Assembly: GCA_051252135.1 (NCBI GenBank)
Contig: JBPOGH010000017.1
Coordinates: forward strand, 39,558 to 103,557
Direction: 5' to 3'
Source of the DNA: Verrucomicrobiaceae bacterium
Lineage (GTDB): Bacteria > Verrucomicrobiota > Verrucomicrobiia > Verrucomicrobiales > Akkermansiaceae
Length of the DNA stretch: 64,000 bases
This document shows positions 59,553 to 64,000 of the stretch, in pieces (position 1 is the stretch's first letter; the number at the start of each line of letters is the position of its first letter). Position numbers and translations under genes: made by a program. The notes under the pieces are model-generated. The model worked only from the letters and a program-made list of their open reading frames with translations, did no database searches and was not told the origin of the DNA.

Positions 59553-59576
59553 ATCTAGAAATCGTGATTTGTTGAT
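59553..59576. promoter_or_regulatory. Putative SahR-type operator(s)
   Basis: Two overlapping ATC-N10-GAT dyads (59553-68 and 59561-76) in the 64-bp metK/regulator divergent gap. Confidence 0.5.
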
Positions 59577-59598
59577 GCGTAGTTAAGCCCACATCCAG

Positions 59599-60513
59599 AT
59601 GCCGTCAATCCTGAATTCCCTAAAGCTTCTGGCCGATCCCACGCGGCTCCGCATCCTTCTCCTCCTCCTCGAGGAACCCCTTTCCGTCGTCGAGCTCCAG
59701 CAAATCCTCGGCATGGGACAGTCCCGCATCTCCACCCAGCTCTCCCAACTCAAGCGCGAAGGACTCGTCGAAGACCAACGCTCCGGTAAGAATAACATCT
59801 ACTCCGCCACCCTCTCCCCCGACCTCGCCACCATCGCCCGCGATGCCGAAGTCGAAATCCCCGAGTCCCATCAGGACAAGGCCGCCCTCAAGCACATCCT
59901 CCACAAGCGAAAGGACCAAATGCGCGCCTACTTCGATCAACTCGCCGGGAAGTTCGGGCGCGAATACGTCCCCGGCCGCTCCTGGAAATCACTCGCCGAG
60001 GCCATGCTCAAAATCCTCAACTACGAGACCGTAGCCGACCTCGGAGCCGGCGAGGGCACCCTCTCCCAACTCCTCGCCCAACGCGCCAAGCACGTCATCG
60101 CCATCGACCACTCACCCAAAATGGTCGCCTTCGGCAAATCCCTCGCCAAGGAAAACAAACTCCCCAACCTCGACTACCGCCTCGGCGACATCGAAGCCCC
60201 GCCCATCGACGACCACTCCGTCGACCTCGCCATCTTCTCCCAGGCCCTCCACCACGCCGACCACCCCGAAAAGGCCCTCTCCGAAGCCCACCGCATCCTC
60301 AAACCCGGCGGCACCCTCGTCGTCCTCGACCTCCTCCAGCACACTTTCGAAAAAGCCCGCGAGCTCTACTTCGACACCTGGCTCGGCTTCTCCGAGGTCC
60401 GGCTTTCGGAAATGATGACCGCCGCCGGCTTCAACAACATCGACACCGTCATCGTCGACCGCGAAACCTCCCCCCCCAACTTCCAGACCCTCCTCGCCAC
60501 CGCCAAGAAGTAG
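59599..60513 (+). CDS. ArsR-HTH/SAM-methyltransferase fusion regulator (SahR-like)
   Basis: LADPTRLRIL...QSRISTQL HTH; ADLGAGEG SAM motif; divergent from metK-ahcY. Confidence 0.9.
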   Translation: MPSILNSLKLLADPTRLRILLLLLEEPLSVVELQQILGMGQSRISTQLSQLKREGLVEDQRSGKNNIYSATLSPDLATIARDAEVEIPESHQDKAALKHILHKRKDQMRAYFDQLAGKFGREYVPGRSWKSLAEAMLKILNYETVADLGAGEGTLSQLLAQRAKHVIAIDHSPKMVAFGKSLAKENKLPNLDYRLGDIEAPPIDDHSVDLAIFSQALHHADHPEKALSEAHRILKPGGTLVVLDLLQHTFEKARELYFDTWLGFSEVRLSEMMTAAGFNNIDTVIVDRETSPPNFQTLLATAKK

Positions 60514-60550
60514 ACCTTGCGCTCCCAACCTAACACGTTTCTGTTAGGAC

Positions 60551-61408
60551 ATGCCCTTTCCGAGCGCCCACTCCCTTGCCCTCCTCATCATCACCCTGAT
60601 GATCGTCGGCTGCGCCCCCAAGCCCATCACCCCTCCCCGGCCCGCTCCCTCCCCGGCTCCCCTGGCCCTCCCAACCGACACCCCCGCCCCCGGGCCACCA
60701 ACCACCCCCGCCCCTACACCTCAACCTTCCCCCACCGCCAGGCACCCCCTCCTCGCCACCACCACCTCAAAAAACGGCATCACTTTCACTCTCGTCAGCT
60801 ACGATCGCCGTGACTTCTCACTCGAGGTCTTCGACCAAGCCAACGGCCCCGCCACCCAATGGCCCACCGCCCAAGCCGCCGCCTCCCCCAATGGCCTCGC
60901 CGCCATCAACGCCGGCTTCTTCACCCCCCAAGGAAAACCCCTCGGCCTCGTCATCGAGGACGGCTCCACCTTCGGCTCCCTCAACCGCACCTCCTTCCTC
61001 GGCTCCGGATTCTTCGCCAGCTCCCCCGATCGCCTCCTCAGCCGCGATTCCTTCCTAAAACACCGCCCCTCCTCAAAAAACATCCTCCAATCCGGCCCCC
61101 GCCTCGTCTGGCAGGGCACCACCCTCACCGGACTCTCCCACGGCGAAAAACGCCCCCGCTCCTTCCTCCTCTGGGACGGCCGCCACCACTTCGCCATCGG
61201 CCACGCCCATGCCGCCTCCCTCGCCTCCCTCGCCGCCGCCTTAAAAGCCCAACCCCTCCCTGGTTTCTCCATCCAATACGCCCTCAACCTCGATGGCGGC
61301 CGCTCCTCGGACCTCTGGGTCGGCCCCCAAGTGAAAGGAGGCTCGCTTTCACGACGTTCATGGATGAACAAGCCCGTGCGCAACTACCTCGTTCTCAAGC
61401 GCAAATAA
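60551..61408 (+). CDS. Phosphodiester glycosidase (NAGPA/DUF2233) family lipoprotein
   Basis: Lipobox IVGC, Pro-rich linker, AINAGFF, QSGP.L, ALNLDGG.SS. Confidence 0.85.
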   Translation: MPFPSAHSLALLIITLMIVGCAPKPITPPRPAPSPAPLALPTDTPAPGPPTTPAPTPQPSPTARHPLLATTTSKNGITFTLVSYDRRDFSLEVFDQANGPATQWPTAQAAASPNGLAAINAGFFTPQGKPLGLVIEDGSTFGSLNRTSFLGSGFFASSPDRLLSRDSFLKHRPSSKNILQSGPRLVWQGTTLTGLSHGEKRPRSFLLWDGRHHFAIGHAHAASLASLAAALKAQPLPGFSIQYALNLDGGRSSDLWVGPQVKGGSLSRRSWMNKPVRNYLVLKRK

Positions 61409-61411
61409 CCC

Positions 61412-62143
61412 ATGCCCCTCCTTCGCGTCATCCTGACCTTCTTGGTCACCTCGCTTCCCCTTTTAGCCGACTACGGAAAGGCCGACCTCCCCTTGGGCCC
61501 CAATGCCAGCCAAGGCACCCTCCACTACTTCCAATTCTCCACCGAAACCCACGACCTCCGCATCATCGATCAGGGCAAAGGAGCCCCCCGCTTCGCAAAT
61601 CTCGCCGCCGCCATGCAGGCCAACAAATGCGAGGCCGGATGCAACGGCAGCTTCTTCCACCCCAATGGCACCCCCCTCGGCCTCGTCATCGCCAACGGAC
61701 GCATGGAGGGAAAAAGCAACCCCGACTCCAGCCTCACCTCCGGCACCTTCTACTCCGAGAACGGCTCCATCCGCCTCGTCCGCACCTCCGTCTTCGCCGC
61801 CAAAAAACTCCCCCTCCCCCGCAACGTCCTCCAGACCGGACCCTTCCTCATCGAGGGCGGAAAGGGCGTCACCGGACTCTCCGACCGCCGCTTCGCCCGA
61901 CGCACCATCCTCGCCACCGATGGCCGGGGCAACTGGATCATCGGCTACGCCTCCCCCACCACCCTCATCCAACTCTCCCAAGCCCTCCTCAAAAAAGGAA
62001 GCATCCCCGGATTCACCATCAGCCACGCCATCAACCTCGATGGCGGCTCCTCCTCCGGCCTCTGGATCCAACGCGACAACAACCCCCTCTACTTCCGCGA
62101 AGTCTCCAAAGTCCGAAACTTCGTCGGCATCGTCCCCAAGTAG
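61412..62143 (+). CDS. Phosphodiester glycosidase (NAGPA/DUF2233) family protein
   Basis: NGSFF, QTGP.L, RT, AINLDGGSSS. Confidence 0.85.
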   Translation: MPLLRVILTFLVTSLPLLADYGKADLPLGPNASQGTLHYFQFSTETHDLRIIDQGKGAPRFANLAAAMQANKCEAGCNGSFFHPNGTPLGLVIANGRMEGKSNPDSSLTSGTFYSENGSIRLVRTSVFAAKKLPLPRNVLQTGPFLIEGGKGVTGLSDRRFARRTILATDGRGNWIIGYASPTTLIQLSQALLKKGSIPGFTISHAINLDGGSSSGLWIQRDNNPLYFREVSKVRNFVGIVPK

Positions 62144-62493
62144 GACCAAATGATCCAGCACCTCGGCTCTCCAGAGGAGATCGATCCACAGAAAAAGACA
62201 GCGCCACCGTCAAGCGAAACAACTCCCTCCCCACCCCTCCTGCAATGAAGAACCGCCACCCCTTCATGCAATGCCTCCCCCTCGCGTGACCGGGCTCTCT
62301 CCGGCTGAACCAGCCCTTCAAAAATCCCCGCATCTGATGTGGAATTCAACACAATTCACGATCATCAGATCCGTTTATCATTCCAAATAGAACAATAAAC
62401 GATTGGTCTTTGTTGGGTTTCGCTTCGATTCTTGACCTAAATCGAGTTTTCAGAGAAATTCTTAGCGCATACTCCAGAATTAAACAGGGGTCT

Positions 62494-62512
62494 GTATAAT
62501 AACTTGTTGTGC
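62494..62512 (+). mobile_element. attI-like simple site / first cassette boundary
   Basis: GTATAAT-AACTT-G/TTGTGC; GTTGTGCA is the exact reverse complement of TGCACAAC opening the downstream attC. Confidence 0.65.
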
Positions 62513-62517
62513 AAAAA

Positions 62518-63255
62518 ATGTATCGTGCCCTCATCTTGGTATGTGTTTCTTTTCTCGCTTCGTGTGAGCAACAAGAAGAACAGGCCGTAGTTGGGGATGA
62601 GCAAAACGTTAGGCCTGCACCAGAGGGATTTGATCCGACTACTTTTACTCTGAACAACCCTGAAGGGATCTTCTTTCGCACTGTCCGACAGGCCCCGATC
62701 AGAAAGGTTAAGATTGATCTTCGTGCTCCCTGGGATATTTCGGGAATTCCTGAAGTTGAATGGGTTCCACTACGAGGCAAACACAAGTTTTGCGCGATTC
62801 AAGGGACAACAGATTTGCATTTAACACTTCCTTCTGGACGAGTCCTAAATGAGGAGTTTGCCATCGTCTATATTGACCGCGATCACGAAGGGATTTTTGA
62901 GGTCAAGGCTGATTCTCTCGGCTGGCTTCGACCTCGTGTCGCAGAAGAGAAGCTAGAGGAAGAAGGGGCTTTTCTTGTTCAGGAAGGAATGTTGGATGAG
63001 GAAGTCCAAGCGCAAATGAAAAATGTCCTCAGCTGGCTTGATGATTATGATCACAATAGCGGGATGCGCAAAGGCCTCTTTTTCACAGTAGATAACTTGT
63101 TTCAATACTTTGGTTTTGCGGTCACATTGAATACAGACTCAGGAATCAGGTATCGACACCACTTCCGTATCAACCGACCTGAAGATCGACGCAATAAGGC
63201 AGAAACAACAAATGCACAACAAGTCGGAGCTGGCAATCTGCTACCCGCGCAGTAG
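62518..63255 (+). CDS. Integron cassette 1: hypothetical lipoprotein
   Basis: Lipobox LASC; non-host composition; the ORF runs into the attC. Confidence 0.75.
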   Translation: MYRALILVCVSFLASCEQQEEQAVVGDEQNVRPAPEGFDPTTFTLNNPEGIFFRTVRQAPIRKVKIDLRAPWDISGIPEVEWVPLRGKHKFCAIQGTTDLHLTLPSGRVLNEEFAIVYIDRDHEGIFEVKADSLGWLRPRVAEEKLEEEGAFLVQEGMLDEEVQAQMKNVLSWLDDYDHNSGMRKGLFFTVDNLFQYFGFAVTLNTDSGIRYRHHFRINRPEDRRNKAETTNAQQVGAGNLLPAQ

Positions 63256-63338
63256 TTTCGTTTCATGATTCCTAGAAGCTCAACCCCTTCGTCGAATTGG
63301 CGCTGCCGGTAGCGAATGCCAGTCCATCTACGTTCGCT
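63214..63338 (+). mobile_element. Integron attC site (125 bp)
   Basis: R'' GCACAAC, L'' GGAGCTGGCA vs L' TGCCAGTCC (one extrahelical base), GCTACC/GGTAGC arm, R' GTTCGCT. Confidence 0.85.
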
Positions 63339-63343
63339 TTAAA

Positions 63344-63940
63344 ATGAAACGCCTTCTTGCAATCGCTCTATTCCTCGGATTCTCCATCGCCGCGAGAAGC
63401 GAGGATGTGAAATCCCCAAAGGATTTGCTAATGGCGTTCGTGAGCGCCACGGGGAACTCCGATTTCGAATCAGTTGTCGATGACGTTCATCCTTTGATGC
63501 TTAAGAGCTTCAAAGAACACACAGCAACCATCGTTGAAGCAGCCGTCAAAGACTATTCAGAGCAGGCAGTTCTGACCGCCTTCCACGGCCTCGAATCTCT
63601 GGAGGAATTGGATGGGCTTTCGGATAAAGAATTCTGGGTTTATGTGATGAGCAACGTGTATTCGATTCATCCAGAGTTCGATGGCACCAAGGGCATCGAC
63701 GTCGTGGGAAACGTGCAAGATGGCAACTTTTTGTATGTGCTTTACAGACGCGACGGTGACCTCAAATCAACCGATAAGATCGAGAAGTTGAAGTCACCGA
63801 GAACCTTCACATTCAGGAAGAATGAAGAGCGTTGGTGCTACTGGAGTTTCGCGGTGTCTGCCGTTGAGAAGTATGTCCGGTGGCACGCCAAGACTCAGCA
63901 CGTTCCCTCAAACAAATCCAGCGAATCGGGTAGGCGGTAG
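63344..63940 (+). CDS. Integron cassette 2: hypothetical secreted protein
   Basis: Signal peptide; starts 5 nt after the attC; the stop codon lies within the intron sequence. Confidence 0.75.
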   Translation: MKRLLAIALFLGFSIAARSEDVKSPKDLLMAFVSATGNSDFESVVDDVHPLMLKSFKEHTATIVEAAVKDYSEQAVLTAFHGLESLEELDGLSDKEFWVYVMSNVYSIHPEFDGTKGIDVVGNVQDGNFLYVLYRRDGDLKSTDKIEKLKSPRTFTFRKNEERWCYWSFAVSAVEKYVRWHAKTQHVPSNKSSESGRR

Positions 63941-64000
63941 TTTCTAGCTACCGCCCCCCACACCACCGGCCATACGGGTCCGTAGCACGGCGGTTCCTAA
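63925..64000 (-). mobile_element. 3' end (domains V-VI) of a group IIC intron inserted in an attC; continues beyond the window
   Basis: Minus strand GAACCGCCGTGCTACGGACCCGTATGGCCGGTGGTGTGGGGG (DV, CGC triad), DVI hairpin GGCGGTAG-CTAGAAA-CTACCGCC, terminal ACCCGAT. Confidence 0.9.

Noticed and set aside
59535..59598. SAM riboswitch upstream of metK
   Set aside because: The 64-bp gap shared with a divergent gene has no recognisable aptamer
62346..62786. Minus-strand ORF as integron integrase
   Set aside because: No tyrosine recombinase motifs; it overlaps cassette 1 antisense

Overview
Bacterial chromosomal DNA, most likely Verrucomicrobiota (Verrucomicrobiales-like). This is inferred from the PEP-CTERM proteins, a DUF1549/DUF1553 + DUF1501 pair, secreted proteins ending in a 'W..S.DL..W...F(Y/F)R' domain and the short verrucomicrobial-type RpoZ. 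Core genes are smpB, rpoZ, rpmI-rplT, pheS, hslR, an iscS/nifS-like gene, efp, rpsO-pnp, ppx-like/ppk1 and metK-ahcY with a divergent ArsR-methyltransferase (SahR-like) regulator. They are interleaved with accessory secreted-protein islands (sulfatase, TSP3/DNRLRE-like, ASPIC, PhoD). Highlights the ORF track misses: (1) a signal-peptide-bearing thioredoxin-like protein with an in-frame TGA in a U-P-T-C motif, an adjacent SECIS-like hairpin and a C-terminal SHD1-like domain (candidate selenoprotein, 34247-34996); (2) the start of an integron cassette array (attI-like site, two cassettes with matching core sites, no intact intI) whose second attC is interrupted by a group IIC intron; (3) a four-helix-bundle gene inside the metK-ahcY operon, bracketed by heptamer repeats that form an imperfect inverted repeat; (4) two MITE types sharing an internal core; (5) an mrr 3' remnant closing a defence-like island; (6) a Ppx homologue with degenerate catalytic motifs. 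The + strand is strikingly C-rich in long-resident regions regardless of gene orientation. All calls are by-eye motif recognition; no database searches were run.
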